Part shown: piece after piece, positions 41,201-50,294 of the stretch
Position numbering within the stretch: position 1 is the stretch's first letter
Layout: every line of letters begins with the position of its first letter
Source of the DNA: an uncultured delta proteobacterium
GTDB lineage: Bacteria; Desulfobacterota; Desulfobacteria; Desulfobacterales; UBA2156
DNA length: 64,000 nucleotides
Direction: 5' to 3'
NCBI GenBank assembly: GCA_963736855.1
Contig: CAVTQK010000021.1
Coordinates: 128,001 to 192,000, forward strand
Made by a program: the position numbers and the translations under genes
The notes under the pieces: generated by a model
Seen by the model: only the letters and a program-made list of their open reading frames with translations
The model's database searches: none
What the model was told of the DNA's origin: nothing

Positions 41201-41882
41201 CGGGCATGGCTTCGAAAATGGTGGGCGAATGTCCTGCAAGGCAAAGGTAGTAGGCGGCGCTCAGGCCGGCGGGACCGCCGCCGATGATGGCGATTCGATG
41301 ACCCGAGGGAGACCGCTTGGGTGGAAAATGGTGGATACCGAGGTGCATCTCATGATCGGCAACGAAACGCTTCAGGTGGTTAATGTTGATCGCCTCCTCC
41401 ACCATGTTGCGACGACACTGGCGCTCGCAAAAATGAGGGCAGACCCTTCCAATGCTGGCAGGCATGGGAAGCTTTTCACGGATGAGTTTCAGCGCCTCGA
41501 GATACTCGCCCCGGCTGATGAGGGCGATGTAGCCCTGAATGTCAATGCCGGCCGGACATGCCAGTTGGCAAGGGGCCACGCAATCGCCGTAGTGCTCCCG
41601 CAGGAGGAGCTCGATGAGGAATTTCCGTGTTTCGCGGATTTCAGCGGAGTCAGTGGTTACCACCATGCCGTCACTGACCAGGGTGCTGCAAGAGGAGACA
41701 AATTTAGGCCTACCTTCCACCCGAACGATACAGATCCGACAACCTTCAAGGGGTCGAAGCATATCATTGTAACAGAGGGTTGGAATGGAGATCGCGTTCT
41801 CCCGTGCCACATGCAGAATGGTGGTCCCCGGTTCCGCCTCAACCTTTTGCCCGTTAATCGTTAACTGAATTCGTTTCTTCAT
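38280..41882 (-). CDS. Fe-S flavoprotein fusion: 2Fe-2S + GltD/SfrB-like FAD/NADPH module + NuoG/SfrA-like Fe-S and molybdopterin-fold domains
   Basis: CRIC; APCQLACPAG; GGGPAG; GGGNVAMD..YRR; CVRCKQC and CVSCGLC; CAHCGCGC; VVQDLF and EQDGTFTNTERR. No Cys at the Fdh Mo-ligand position. Confidence 0.88.
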   Translation of the reverse strand: MKKRIQLTINGQKVEAEPGTTILHVARENAISIPTLCYNDMLRPLEGCRICIVRVEGRPKFVSSCSTLVSDGMVVTTDSAEIRETRKFLIELLLREHYGDCVAPCQLACPAGIDIQGYIALISRGEYLEALKLIREKLPMPASIGRVCPHFCERQCRRNMVEEAININHLKRFVADHEMHLGIHHFPPKRSPSGHRIAIIGGGPAGLSAAYYLCLAGHSPTIFEAMPELGGMLRYGIPEYRLPKKVLDWEIEGILQLGVKVQTGVRWGKDFTVESLRSEDYKAFFLAIGAWATHRLGIAGEEFDGVHSGVNFLADIALGKPVSMGRRVAIIGGGNVAMDAARTSVRLGAEEIAVIYRRSREEMPASHEEIDGAMAEGIKFHFLAAPVKLLSDNGKVQQLETIQMTLGEPDASGRRRPIPVKGSETTIPVDMVIAAIGQIADISPLETDKATAGIPVTRWKTIGADPETMYTGIEGIFTGGDVYRGPDTVVRALADGRRAALAINNYLAEKRIDTQPKTFNVVKGDLKTIHLEPFSAFTHQARVRMPELEPLERITNFKQIDLGLPEDKALHEAERCLSCGCMDVFDCRLRRLAHEMHIDATTRLQPQIPFDEAVRLDQHPFIARDPNKCVRCKQCYEACATSQCSDAIDFVETPTFNARCVSCGLCLDVCPTGALEERIGGKPGPFQYQQVETVCAHCGCGCQLVFNLKGDNFFTITTRKDALPSYGHTCRQGRFDSFAYLSSPHRLKTPLVRKDGRLVEVSWEEALDRVAREFKRIQEQHGGHALAALGSPQATNEANYLLQKIFRNHFSTNNLDFPGSHAQRVTMEALSRLIGSAGMTHTLREIEEAQVILAFGDLIEESNPIVAAALRRASRTWSRRLITVTSRPIDLGSFANPALLIPRGREADFLTVLLHWILQRDLYDHTFAQAYPQRLAELRKDVADRNPGQLIGHLGIPEETLEDMARTCATTSSLALLYSEDFVSDPHGERQAASLTNLALLTGRIGQPHSGIYPLCRYINTLGAVDMGMLPGHLPGHIPITDDKRREQLADIWSLQIPSAAGFGFNRMMENARQEKLKGLFILGTNSPAAEGQWENVLESSRHLEFLVVQDLFLSECAGLAHVILPATSFLEQDGTFTNTERRVLPLRPVMSGPGGALPDWRILADLQARLHPGTIYPDAPSVYREIMRVIPSYAQLPEE

Positions 41883-41917
41883 GAATGGTCCTTTGCGGCG
41901 GATTTCTCTTTGGACCG

Positions 41918-42118
41918 CTACCGCACAAGCCTCAAGCCGATCCAGAAGACAGCCAGCACCTCGATAGCGAAGAGGATGAAATAGAGCACATACTTGGAGG
42001 TGGAGAAGTCTTCAAAGATCTTGTTCGCCTGCGACAGAATCCGCGGGCCGACGGGAGATGCATAAAAGGCATACCGATCACCGGCTTTGTCATTCTGTTG
42101 GAGAGGGCGGGCGTCCAT
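41918..42118 (-). CDS. Small single-TM protein within the nuo operon
   Basis: AAGGAG upstream; C-terminal hydrophobic YVLYFILFAIEVLAVFWIGL. Confidence 0.45.
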   Translation of the reverse strand: MDARPLQQNDKAGDRYAFYASPVGPRILSQANKIFEDFSTSKYVLYFILFAIEVLAVFWIGLRLVR

Positions 42119-42207
42119 CTGATTTTTTCTTCTCCTTATGTCTTCTGAGCAAAACCTGTTACGCGCTAAGGGTTAGTATCGACTTATAAGGCCTTACGTT
42201 CAAGCCT

Positions 42208-42239
42208 GATAGCTTCGTAAAAAGCTCCGAATTCAAGGC
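42208..42239. repeat. Single arm of the GATGGCTTCGTAAAAAG-type repeat
   Basis: gatagcttcgtaaaaagctccgaattcaaggc aligns with the ends of 63343-63468. Confidence 0.6.
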
Positions 42240-42266
42240 ATATTAATTTCACGGATAATCTTCGCA

Positions 42267-43037
42267 TTACGCTCGTTTCAGCTTTATACAGCCCCCGGAG
42301 GGACAGAGCTTTTGTTCAATATGAAAATCGAATTCGGTACGAAAATGCTTTAGGATTGCAGACACCGGGCCTGAGCCGGTGGCAGCATATTCACAACAAG
42401 TAGCCTGATTCATGGCTTCCAGGATCGTCGCCATGCTCTGAATATCCTGTGGTCGTCCTTCCCCTTGCGCTATGGTCTCCAGGATCTCTCGCAGGTAAGG
42501 GAAGCCTGCCCTGCAGGGTGTACATTTGCCGCAGGATACCCCTTTATCGAAGTCCAGAAAATACTTAGCCACCTGGACCATGCAATGACTATCGTCAATC
42601 ACGGCAATGAACCCTGAGGCATAGTCATAGAGAAACCGTCCCGAGGTGGAGTGCAGCGGATCCACATAGAGCAGGTCAAAGAGGAGGTGTCCGTTCTCCA
42701 GAGTCTCGGAGACCACCTGCCTGGCTCGAGCGGGGGTGAGCCCGCGGTAATAGAAACCGCTCCTCGGAAATCCCACCAGCGGCCCATAGGGGCAGGTCCC
42801 GTTGCAGCCCACCTTCATGGAGCCTACACGAACTTCCAAACCTCGCGCGCGGATCTCCTCTTCCAGGGCTTGCCTGATTTCGGCGCAGCCGCAGACGCAC
42901 CCTTCTGTCGGGGTACAGACGGTAATACAGGGCGTCGTGCCCTCGGCTTTGCAAAAAGCGGCGCCCCCGGCGCGGGAAATCGCCGGCTGCCGCAAAACCT
43001 CTGCGTCCGGTTTTCGCCTCCACCACTTTAACGCCAT
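42267..43037 (-). CDS. Thioredoxin-like 2Fe-2S domain fused to a NuoF/HydB C-terminal 4Fe-4S domain (FMN/NADH domain absent)
   Basis: GCNGTCPYGP; CMVQVAKYFLDF; SCGKCTPCRAG; HIEQKLCPSGGC. Confidence 0.85.
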   Translation of the reverse strand: MALKWWRRKPDAEVLRQPAISRAGGAAFCKAEGTTPCITVCTPTEGCVCGCAEIRQALEEEIRARGLEVRVGSMKVGCNGTCPYGPLVGFPRSGFYYRGLTPARARQVVSETLENGHLLFDLLYVDPLHSTSGRFLYDYASGFIAVIDDSHCMVQVAKYFLDFDKGVSCGKCTPCRAGFPYLREILETIAQGEGRPQDIQSMATILEAMNQATCCEYAATGSGPVSAILKHFRTEFDFHIEQKLCPSGGCIKLKRA

Positions 43038-43134
43038 ACACCTTACCTCATTAGAGAAATACTCATGAGCCTTTACGCCGGCCATCGTCTAGGCCAACGA
43101 AGCTCCCCGCGTTGCCATGTCGGACTTCTGCCTT

Positions 43135-44553
43135 CTACAACAGGGCCGAGGCGGCAGCCCTGGCCACTTCCAGCAGAAGCTCGGGGTAAACGCCGGCGAC
43201 CACCATGATCGTCACCAAGGTCCCCGCGAGAATCTTGGTGGCGGCGGATAATCCGAGCTGCGCCGGCTTCTCATCCGGTTCGAGAAGATAGGCGGCCTTC
43301 ACCACCAGAATGTAGTAATAGAGGGAGATGGTCGCGTTGATCATCGCCACGATCACCAGCCCCAGGTAGCCCTTTTCCACGGCGGCGGCAAATACCAGGA
43401 ATTTGCCGGTAAAGCCGATGGTGGGCGGGATCCCGGCGAGCCCGAAGATCGCCAGCATCAGCGCCATGGCCAGGAGGGGTGATCTGCGGTGCAGTCCCGC
43501 CAATTGAGCGATCTGGAGATCGCTGCCGTTCCCGGCCACCTTGATCACCACCAGAAAGCAACATAGATTCATGACCAGATAAGCCAGGGCATAAAAGATG
43601 GCACTGGCATAGCCGTTGTGGCTCATACTGAGGACGCCGATCAATACATAGCCCGCATGCGAGATGCTCGAGTATGCCAAAAGCCGTTTCATATCCTTCT
43701 GGACGATGGCGACCAGGTTGCCGAGAGTCATGGAACAGATGGAAAAAGTCACCAGCACCTGGACCAGGTACTTATTCTCCCCACCACCCAGGGCCACCAT
43801 CCGCATGATGATGGCCACCGCGGCCACCTTGGAGGCTGTGGCGATGTAAGCGGTCACCTGGTTTGCCGCACCCTGATAGACGTCCGGCGCCCAGAAATGG
43901 AAGGGGAAGACCGCCAGCTTGAAGAAGAAGCCGCTAAGGCTAAGCAGCAGCCCGACGATGGCCGCCGGCTTCGTGATGACTACCGGCAGCACCTGGATGA
44001 GTTCCGCCACGTAGGTGGTATGGGTTACTCCGAAGAGATAGGAAAGACCGAAGAGCATGACCGCTGAAGCGGAAGCCCCCACCATGAAGTACTTGATCCC
44101 CGCCTCCACGTCGACCCCTTCGCCTCTGCGCAGGGGCACCAGGATGTACAGCGAGTAGCTGGAGAGTTCCAGAGCCATGTAAATGGTGAGGAGCTCCACG
44201 CTGCTCACCAGCATCATCATGCCCATGGAACAGGTGGTCAGGAAGAGATAGAACTCGGGATGGTAGCGTTCCTCGATGCCCTTGAGCTCGCTGCAGAGCC
44301 AGACTACCAGGAAAAAGCCGGCGGCGACCATGACTTTAAAGACCTGAGAAAAAAGATCCACCTGGTAGGCCCCGAAGAAGAGCAAACCGTGTTGCCCCAC
44401 CGAGGCGAGCGTCACCGCCAGGCCGGCGGCGGCCATGAAGAGCGCGGCCAGATAATCCCTGCGGGGGTTGGGTCGTGCCGCCATGGCGAGGCTGAAGCAC
44501 ACGGTCGCCATGAGGGCGTAGTAGATCTCGGGAATGAAAAGAGTCCAAGTCAT
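43135..44553 (-). CDS. nuoN: NADH-quinone oxidoreductase subunit N
   Basis: EAGIKYF, FKLAVFPFHFWAPDVYQGA, KRLLAYSSISHAGY and LAGIPPTIGFTGKF. Confidence 0.95.
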   Translation of the reverse strand: MTWTLFIPEIYYALMATVCFSLAMAARPNPRRDYLAALFMAAAGLAVTLASVGQHGLLFFGAYQVDLFSQVFKVMVAAGFFLVVWLCSELKGIEERYHPEFYLFLTTCSMGMMMLVSSVELLTIYMALELSSYSLYILVPLRRGEGVDVEAGIKYFMVGASASAVMLFGLSYLFGVTHTTYVAELIQVLPVVITKPAAIVGLLLSLSGFFFKLAVFPFHFWAPDVYQGAANQVTAYIATASKVAAVAIIMRMVALGGGENKYLVQVLVTFSICSMTLGNLVAIVQKDMKRLLAYSSISHAGYVLIGVLSMSHNGYASAIFYALAYLVMNLCCFLVVIKVAGNGSDLQIAQLAGLHRRSPLLAMALMLAIFGLAGIPPTIGFTGKFLVFAAAVEKGYLGLVIVAMINATISLYYYILVVKAAYLLEPDEKPAQLGLSAATKILAGTLVTIMVVAGVYPELLLEVARAAASALL

Positions 44554-46046
44554 CGCGGCAATCCATTGATGAGAGGTATAGAAGCCGTTTGCACCAGATC
44601 CAGCATCAGTGACGGGTAGAGTCCGAAGAGCACGATTACAAAAACCAGAATCATCCGCGGTATGCCCAGTCCGAAAGAGACATCGCTTAGGTGGGCGAAG
44701 CGCTCGTTTGGCGGTCCATAGAAGGTCCGCTGCACCACCCGGAGCATGAAGAGCGCGCTGATTGCCAGCGCACAGATGGCCAGCGCTCCTCGCACCGGAT
44801 AGACCTTGAAGGAAGAGATGAAGACCAGAAGTTCTGCCCAAAAACTGGCCAGACAAGGCACGCCGATCCCTGCGAGTGCGGCAATTATGAAGTATCCCGA
44901 GGCTACCGGCATAATCTTGCTCAGACCTCCGAGCTCCGGGATCATCTTGGTGTGGGTCCTGTCATAGATGTAGCCCACGGATGAGAACAAGAGCGCGGTC
45001 ATCACCCCATGGGCAAACATTTGGAATACGGCGCCATTGAGCCCGTCAACGGTCACGGTAGCCAGTCCGAGACCGACAATGCCCATATGGGAAACGCTGG
45101 AGTAACCGATAACGTACTTGAGATCGGTCTGGGCCAGCCCGACGAATGCACCGTAGACGATGCCGCAGGTCGCCAAAAGCGCCATGAGCTGGGACCAGTA
45201 CTGCCAACCTTCCGGGCAGAGGAAAATTCCTACCCGCAGGATTCCGAAGGCGCCGAGCTTCATGAGGACCCCGGCGTGGATCATGCTCACCGCGGTGGGA
45301 GCGGCCACGTGGCCGACCGGAGACCAGGTGTGGAAGGGCCAAACGCCGGCCAGGATTCCGAATCCGATGTAAAAGAGCAGGAAGGCGAACTTCTGTTGGA
45401 AAAGCGTGAAGATCCCCGGCTGCATCAGGGTCGTCACATCGAAGGTGTTGAGCCCAGATGCCACAAAGAGGTAGAGGATCCCGGGCAGAATCAGGGCGCT
45501 GCCCGCCAGCAGGTAGAGGGTCAGCTTCATGGCCCCGTATTCCTTTCGGGTGCTGCCCCAGATGGCGATGAGGGGGTACATGGGAAAAAGCGAAACGTCG
45601 TACCAGACGAAGATGAAGAAGAGGTCCATGGCCATGAATACGCCGAAGACTCCTGCCACCAGAAGGAAGGTCAGCGCAAAGAATTCTTTTACCCGGGTTT
45701 TAAGCTCCCACATTGTGAGCACCCCGGTGAAGAGAACAATTCCGGTAAGTGCCAGCATGGGCAGATTAAAGCCGTCGGCGGCATTGAAGTAGTAAATACC
45801 CATGGACTTGACCCACAGGATTTTTTCAACGAACTGAAGGCCTCCTTTTTTCTGGTCATAAGCAAAAAAGAGATAGATGGCAATCAGCATGGCGATCCCG
45901 GAAAAGACGAGACTGATCTGTTTGATCAACAGCTGTCGCTCTTCCGGGATGAAAAGGATCAACAATAAACCCACCACGCAGCTCAGCAGGATGGCCGTAA
46001 GGTATGGAAAGGTCGCAAATTCCAGGTTCATGTGTTTCTCATCCAA
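44550..46046 (-). CDS. nuoM: NADH-quinone oxidoreductase subunit M
   Basis: WPFHTWSP, AGVLMKLG, YSSVSHMG and FQMFAHG; operon position. Confidence 0.93.
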   Translation of the reverse strand: MDEKHMNLEFATFPYLTAILLSCVVGLLLILFIPEERQLLIKQISLVFSGIAMLIAIYLFFAYDQKKGGLQFVEKILWVKSMGIYYFNAADGFNLPMLALTGIVLFTGVLTMWELKTRVKEFFALTFLLVAGVFGVFMAMDLFFIFVWYDVSLFPMYPLIAIWGSTRKEYGAMKLTLYLLAGSALILPGILYLFVASGLNTFDVTTLMQPGIFTLFQQKFAFLLFYIGFGILAGVWPFHTWSPVGHVAAPTAVSMIHAGVLMKLGAFGILRVGIFLCPEGWQYWSQLMALLATCGIVYGAFVGLAQTDLKYVIGYSSVSHMGIVGLGLATVTVDGLNGAVFQMFAHGVMTALLFSSVGYIYDRTHTKMIPELGGLSKIMPVASGYFIIAALAGIGVPCLASFWAELLVFISSFKVYPVRGALAICALAISALFMLRVVQRTFYGPPNERFAHLSDVSFGLGIPRMILVFVIVLFGLYPSLMLDLVQTASIPLINGLPR

Positions 46047-47967
46047 AAAAGAAGAAATACAGTATCACCAGCGCCAGGGCGAAGAACATCAACATCAGGT
46101 TGTACTGTAGCATACCAGATTGGACAAAAGAGAGTAATCGACCGCTCTCCACAAAGGATCTGCACAGGCCATCGATGGCGCCGTCGATCACCCGCCGGTC
46201 GTTTCGGGTGAACAGATTGGAGAAGGTCCCATAAATCACGTAATCGAGAAAGCGCCGGTAGAAGCGGTCGATATACCAGCGGTTAGCGAAAAGCGCTCTC
46301 AGCGCCGGGATTCGCTCCACGAATCCCAACTGAGCCGAGCCTTTCCGGCCGAACTCTACCCAGGCGACGCCGACGCCAGCTAGGGCGATGCTCACGGCAG
46401 CGTAAAGCAGCCATGCGTAGTGGCTGATCCCATGCTCCTCCAGTGCTTTATGCCCCCCGGCGAGGAATCTCTCCAGAGGACCCTGGAAGAACCCAAGCAC
46501 TAGAGTGATGGCGGCAAGGATCAACAGGGGCCAGGCCATCACCCAGTAAAGACCGGCGTGGTGATGGTGGGCGCTATGGCCGGGAACCTGTACCCCATGT
46601 TCCTCGTGATGCACCTCTTCGATCGTGCTCGGTCGCAGGATGATAAAGATAAGTCTGAAAGAGTAGTAAGCAGTGAGAAAGGCGCCCAGGAGTCCGCCGG
46701 CAAGCCAGAACTTGCTGTGCTGGCCCGCTAGGGCCCCCATGATCGCCTCCTTGCTGAAAAAGCCGGAAAACGGCGGAAGCCCGCTGAGTGCGGCGGCAGC
46801 TATCGTCATGCAGATCATCGGGATCTTAAGTCCCCGTCCGCCAAGTCGTCCGATGACAAACATGTCATTGGTTTCATACTGGTGAATAAAGACACCCGAA
46901 CAGAGAAAGAGCAGGGCCTTGAAGCCGGCATGGGTGGTCAAATGGAAGACCCCGGCAAAGAAGCTGCCGGCGGCCAAGCCCATGACCATGAAGCCCAGCT
47001 GACTGATAGTGGAGTAAGCCCAAACCTGCTTGATATCTCGTGTGACCATGGCCATGGTTGAAGAGAGCAACATGGTGATGGTGCCGATCGATAGAAAAAC
47101 GGTCATGGCATCGGCGGAGTTGCTGAAAAAAGGAAAGAGGCGCGCAAACATGTAGACCCCCGCCGCCACCATAGTGGCCGAGTGCAGCAGGGCACTCACC
47201 GGGGTCGGACCCTCCATGGCATCCGGAAGCCAGGTGAGAAGCGGAAACTGGGCGCTCTTACCGACCACTCCTCCAAAGACAAGGAGCGCCGAAACCGTTA
47301 TGAGGTTCGGCGGCATGCGGGCTGCCACCTGGGGGCTGTTCATATCCAGAATGCTCAGGTTGCCCAAGTGGAAAAGGACCAAGAGCAGCCCAAGGAAAAA
47401 GGCGATATCGCCCAAACGGGTCATAACGAAGGCCTTTTTGCCGGCTTCGCTGGCGCTGAACTTCTCATACCAGAAGCCGATGAGCAGATAGGACGCCAGG
47501 CCCACCAGCTCCCAAAAGATATAGAACTGGAGCATGGTGAGCGATATGGTCAGGGTCAGCATCGCCCAGGCGAACAGGGATTGAAAGGCGTAATACCTGG
47601 CGAAACCGGGGTCGCCGATCATGTAGCCCAGAGAATAGATCTGGACTAAACAGCTGATCACCGCAACGATCGTGAGCATCAGGAGGCTGGTCGGGTCCAG
47701 GAGAAACCCAAATGGGATGAACATGTCGCCGGATACCAACCACCGGCCGGCATACTTGATCGGTTGTTCAACAGGCCAGTGGCGTCCGAGCAGGAAGATG
47801 GCGCTGCCGAGAGAGACGCACACCGCGGCGATAGAGATCCCCGCTGAAAGCCTCGGGTGCAGCCGCGTGAAAACCATGATGAGCGCGAAAGCCAGAAACG
47901 GCGTAAGCGCACTGAGTGTGGCGGCCAGCAGAGTTAAATCCTGCATCCAGGCAAAGCTCATGATCAC
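46039..47967 (-). CDS. nuoL: NADH-quinone oxidoreductase subunit L
   Basis: GKSAQFPL.TWLPDAMEGPTPVSALLHSATMVAAG; YSTISQLG. Confidence 0.95.
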   Translation of the reverse strand: MIMSFAWMQDLTLLAATLSALTPFLAFALIMVFTRLHPRLSAGISIAAVCVSLGSAIFLLGRHWPVEQPIKYAGRWLVSGDMFIPFGFLLDPTSLLMLTIVAVISCLVQIYSLGYMIGDPGFARYYAFQSLFAWAMLTLTISLTMLQFYIFWELVGLASYLLIGFWYEKFSASEAGKKAFVMTRLGDIAFFLGLLLVLFHLGNLSILDMNSPQVAARMPPNLITVSALLVFGGVVGKSAQFPLLTWLPDAMEGPTPVSALLHSATMVAAGVYMFARLFPFFSNSADAMTVFLSIGTITMLLSSTMAMVTRDIKQVWAYSTISQLGFMVMGLAAGSFFAGVFHLTTHAGFKALLFLCSGVFIHQYETNDMFVIGRLGGRGLKIPMICMTIAAAALSGLPPFSGFFSKEAIMGALAGQHSKFWLAGGLLGAFLTAYYSFRLIFIILRPSTIEEVHHEEHGVQVPGHSAHHHHAGLYWVMAWPLLILAAITLVLGFFQGPLERFLAGGHKALEEHGISHYAWLLYAAVSIALAGVGVAWVEFGRKGSAQLGFVERIPALRALFANRWYIDRFYRRFLDYVIYGTFSNLFTRNDRRVIDGAIDGLCRSFVESGRLLSFVQSGMLQYNLMLMFFALALVILYFFFFG

Positions 47968-48272
47968 CCCCTGAGTTCTCGGGCTTGCTCGATGTTGATG
48001 CTCCGGATCCGGCGAAAGAGCGCCAGAATGATGCTGAGGGCGATGGCCGTTTCGGCAGCAGCGAAGCCCATGATAAACAGGGCGTAGATCTGGCCGATAA
48101 GGGGATCCGGTGATAGAAAACGGTTGAAGGCCATGAAGTTAATGCTGGCCCCGTTGAGCATGAGCTCAATGGCGATGAGCATTCCAATCAGGGAGCGGCG
48201 CTGCAACAGGGCGAAGATGCCGAAAGCAAAGAGCACGGCCGCGATGAAGAGGTAGGTGGTGAGACTGTTCAT
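47964..48272 (-). CDS. nuoK: NADH-quinone oxidoreductase subunit K
   Basis: IELMLNG and AAAETAIAL. Confidence 0.93.
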   Translation of the reverse strand: MNSLTTYLFIAAVLFAFGIFALLQRRSLIGMLIAIELMLNGASINFMAFNRFLSPDPLIGQIYALFIMGFAAAETAIALSIILALFRRIRSINIEQARELRG

Positions 48273-48805
48273 GACGGCCTCCTGCGGGTGTAGCCTGAGA
48301 TGACGATGGCTCCCAGGATCGCCACCAGCAGCACGACCGACATAAGCTCGAAGACCAGGTCGTAGCGGGTGAGGAGATAGGAGCCAATCGTCGCCACCGA
48401 CCAGTCCGTGCTCCGTTGGGGCGCCGGCTGCCAAACGGTTCGTGAAATGATGACGAAAAGCACGCTGTAGACGAAGAGCGCCACGACCATGGCCCCGCCC
48501 ACCTTGGGTAGGTGCCGTTTGGGGAGGCTCAGATGCAGCGGCTGCGACAGCATGATGGCGAAGACGATGGAAATGCAGATCGCGCCCACATAGATGAGCA
48601 GCTCCATGAGAGCGACAAAGGGGCTTCCCAGATAAAGGAAGATCCCGGCCACTCCTGTTAGGCTAAGGATAAGTCCGAGGATGTTGTAGAGAATGTTACG
48701 AGGCAGCACCGCGATCAGGGCTCCTGCGAAGGTAAAAATTACCACGACGGCAAAGCCCGTCTGGGCGAGGAGCCGGGGTTCGAGGAGGTTATGGAGAAGG
48801 GTCAT
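48269..48805 (-). CDS. nuoJ: NADH-quinone oxidoreductase subunit J
   Basis: ELLIYVGAI and FELMSVVLLVAILGA. Confidence 0.92.
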   Translation of the reverse strand: MTLLHNLLEPRLLAQTGFAVVVIFTFAGALIAVLPRNILYNILGLILSLTGVAGIFLYLGSPFVALMELLIYVGAICISIVFAIMLSQPLHLSLPKRHLPKVGGAMVVALFVYSVLFVIISRTVWQPAPQRSTDWSVATIGSYLLTRYDLVFELMSVVLLVAILGAIVISGYTRRRPS

Positions 48806-49239
48806 GCCGATTCCTCCAGTCGTCGGACGAGATCCACCACGGATTCCCATCGGCAAACGTGTGCCAGCTCGAATTCCTGGGAAAACTTCAAAGTCTTGGT
48901 GGGACAATTGACCACACAGAGCCCGCAAAGACTGCAGTGGCTGAAGTCGATGAAGTAGAGGGTGCCCCGCTTTCTTCCGCGGGCACGCACTTTCTCGCCC
49001 TGGACCTTGATCACGTTCGTGGGGCATAAGCGCATGCAGATGCCGCAGGCTACGCAGTCATGGGTGCCGGTTTCCTCAAAACGCTTAAACTCGATGTGGC
49101 CTCGGTAGCTGGAGCTCATGGTCAGACGTTTGCGAGGATACTGTGTGGTCACGACCGGCTGTATGAAATGGCGGATGGTGACCCGCATCCCGGTGATTAG
49201 GCTCCAGCTGCCGAGGAGAATATTCCGAACGATCCCCAT
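48802..49239 (-). CDS. nuoI: NADH-quinone oxidoreductase subunit I
   Basis: TTQYP, CVACGICMRLCP and CSLCGLCVVNCP. Confidence 0.93.
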   Translation of the reverse strand: MGIVRNILLGSWSLITGMRVTIRHFIQPVVTTQYPRKRLTMSSSYRGHIEFKRFEETGTHDCVACGICMRLCPTNVIKVQGEKVRARGRKRGTLYFIDFSHCSLCGLCVVNCPTKTLKFSQEFELAHVCRWESVVDLVRRLEESA

Positions 49240-49245
49240 GGAAAT

Positions 49246-50253
49246 TCAGCTCCAATAATGAATCAGTTTGATGATTCCGGCATAGACCACCAGGTGGATT
49301 AGGGCCACCGGAATCATGACCTTCCAGGAAAAATTCATTAGCTGATCGAAGCGTAGGCGCGGGAAGGTCCAGCGCACCCACATGATCCCGAAAATCAGGA
49401 TATAGACCTTGAGAAAAAACCAAAATACCCCGGGAAGGGGAAGAAATCCGAGCAGCGGCGGGCTCTTCCATCCGCCGAAAAAAAGCGTGGTCGCCACCCC
49501 GGCAACGATGAACATGTTGGAGTACTCCGCCAGGAAATAGAGAGCGAAGCGCATGCCGCTGTACTCGGTGTGGAATCCCGCCACCAGCTCGGATTCGGCC
49601 TCGGGGATGTCGAAGGGTGCGCGGTTGGTCTCGGCGGTAGCGCAGATCAGGTAGATGATGGCCGCCACCGGCATCCAAAAGACGTTCCAGAGGCGGGACT
49701 GGGCCTCAACGATCACCGACATCTGCAAGCTGTTGGACCAGAGGACAACGTTCAGCACCACGAGCAGTAGAGGTATCTCGTAAGCCACACTCTGGGCCAC
49801 CGAGCGAATGGCGCCCAGCAAGGAGTATTTGTTGTTGGCGGCCCAGCCGCCCATGAGAATGGCGAGCACATTAAAAGTGGAGAAGGCGACGATAAGCAGC
49901 ACCCCCATGTTCAAATCCCGGACTTGCAAGTCTTGGCTGAAGGGCAGGACAATGAGGCTTGCCGGCACACCCATGAAGACGATGATGGGGGCAAGAACGT
50001 AGAGCGTGCGGTCCACATGCCGGGGAGTGATAAGCTCCTTGCCCAACAGCTTGATGCCATCCGCAACGGTCTGGAGAATGCCGTGCGGTCCCACCTCCAT
50101 GGGTCCGAGGCGAAGCTGGATGTGGGCCGAAACCTTGCGTTCAAGCCAGACGAGAAAAATGGCGTTCAACTGGACCAGTAACACGAGCGCCACCGCTCCG
50201 ACTGCTATGCGAGCCAGATCAGGACCCAGGATGTCGATTGCATATTGCCACAT
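49246..50253 (-). CDS. nuoH: NADH-quinone oxidoreductase subunit H
   Basis: [14 protein letters not shown] and [26 protein letters not shown]. Confidence 0.96.
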   Translation of the reverse strand: MWQYAIDILGPDLARIAVGAVALVLLVQLNAIFLVWLERKVSAHIQLRLGPMEVGPHGILQTVADGIKLLGKELITPRHVDRTLYVLAPIIVFMGVPASLIVLPFSQDLQVRDLNMGVLLIVAFSTFNVLAILMGGWAANNKYSLLGAIRSVAQSVAYEIPLLLVVLNVVLWSNSLQMSVIVEAQSRLWNVFWMPVAAIIYLICATAETNRAPFDIPEAESELVAGFHTEYSGMRFALYFLAEYSNMFIVAGVATTLFFGGWKSPPLLGFLPLPGVFWFFLKVYILIFGIMWVRWTFPRLRFDQLMNFSWKVMIPVALIHLVVYAGIIKLIHYWS

Positions 50254-50294
50254 GTGATAATTCCCTCAACAGTGTTCAGACGGAGCTGCTTTTC

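Noticed and set aside
41918..41920. TAG as a pyrrolysine codon
   Set aside because: No pyl genes in the window and not a methyltransferase context; mutation, error or chance is more likely.
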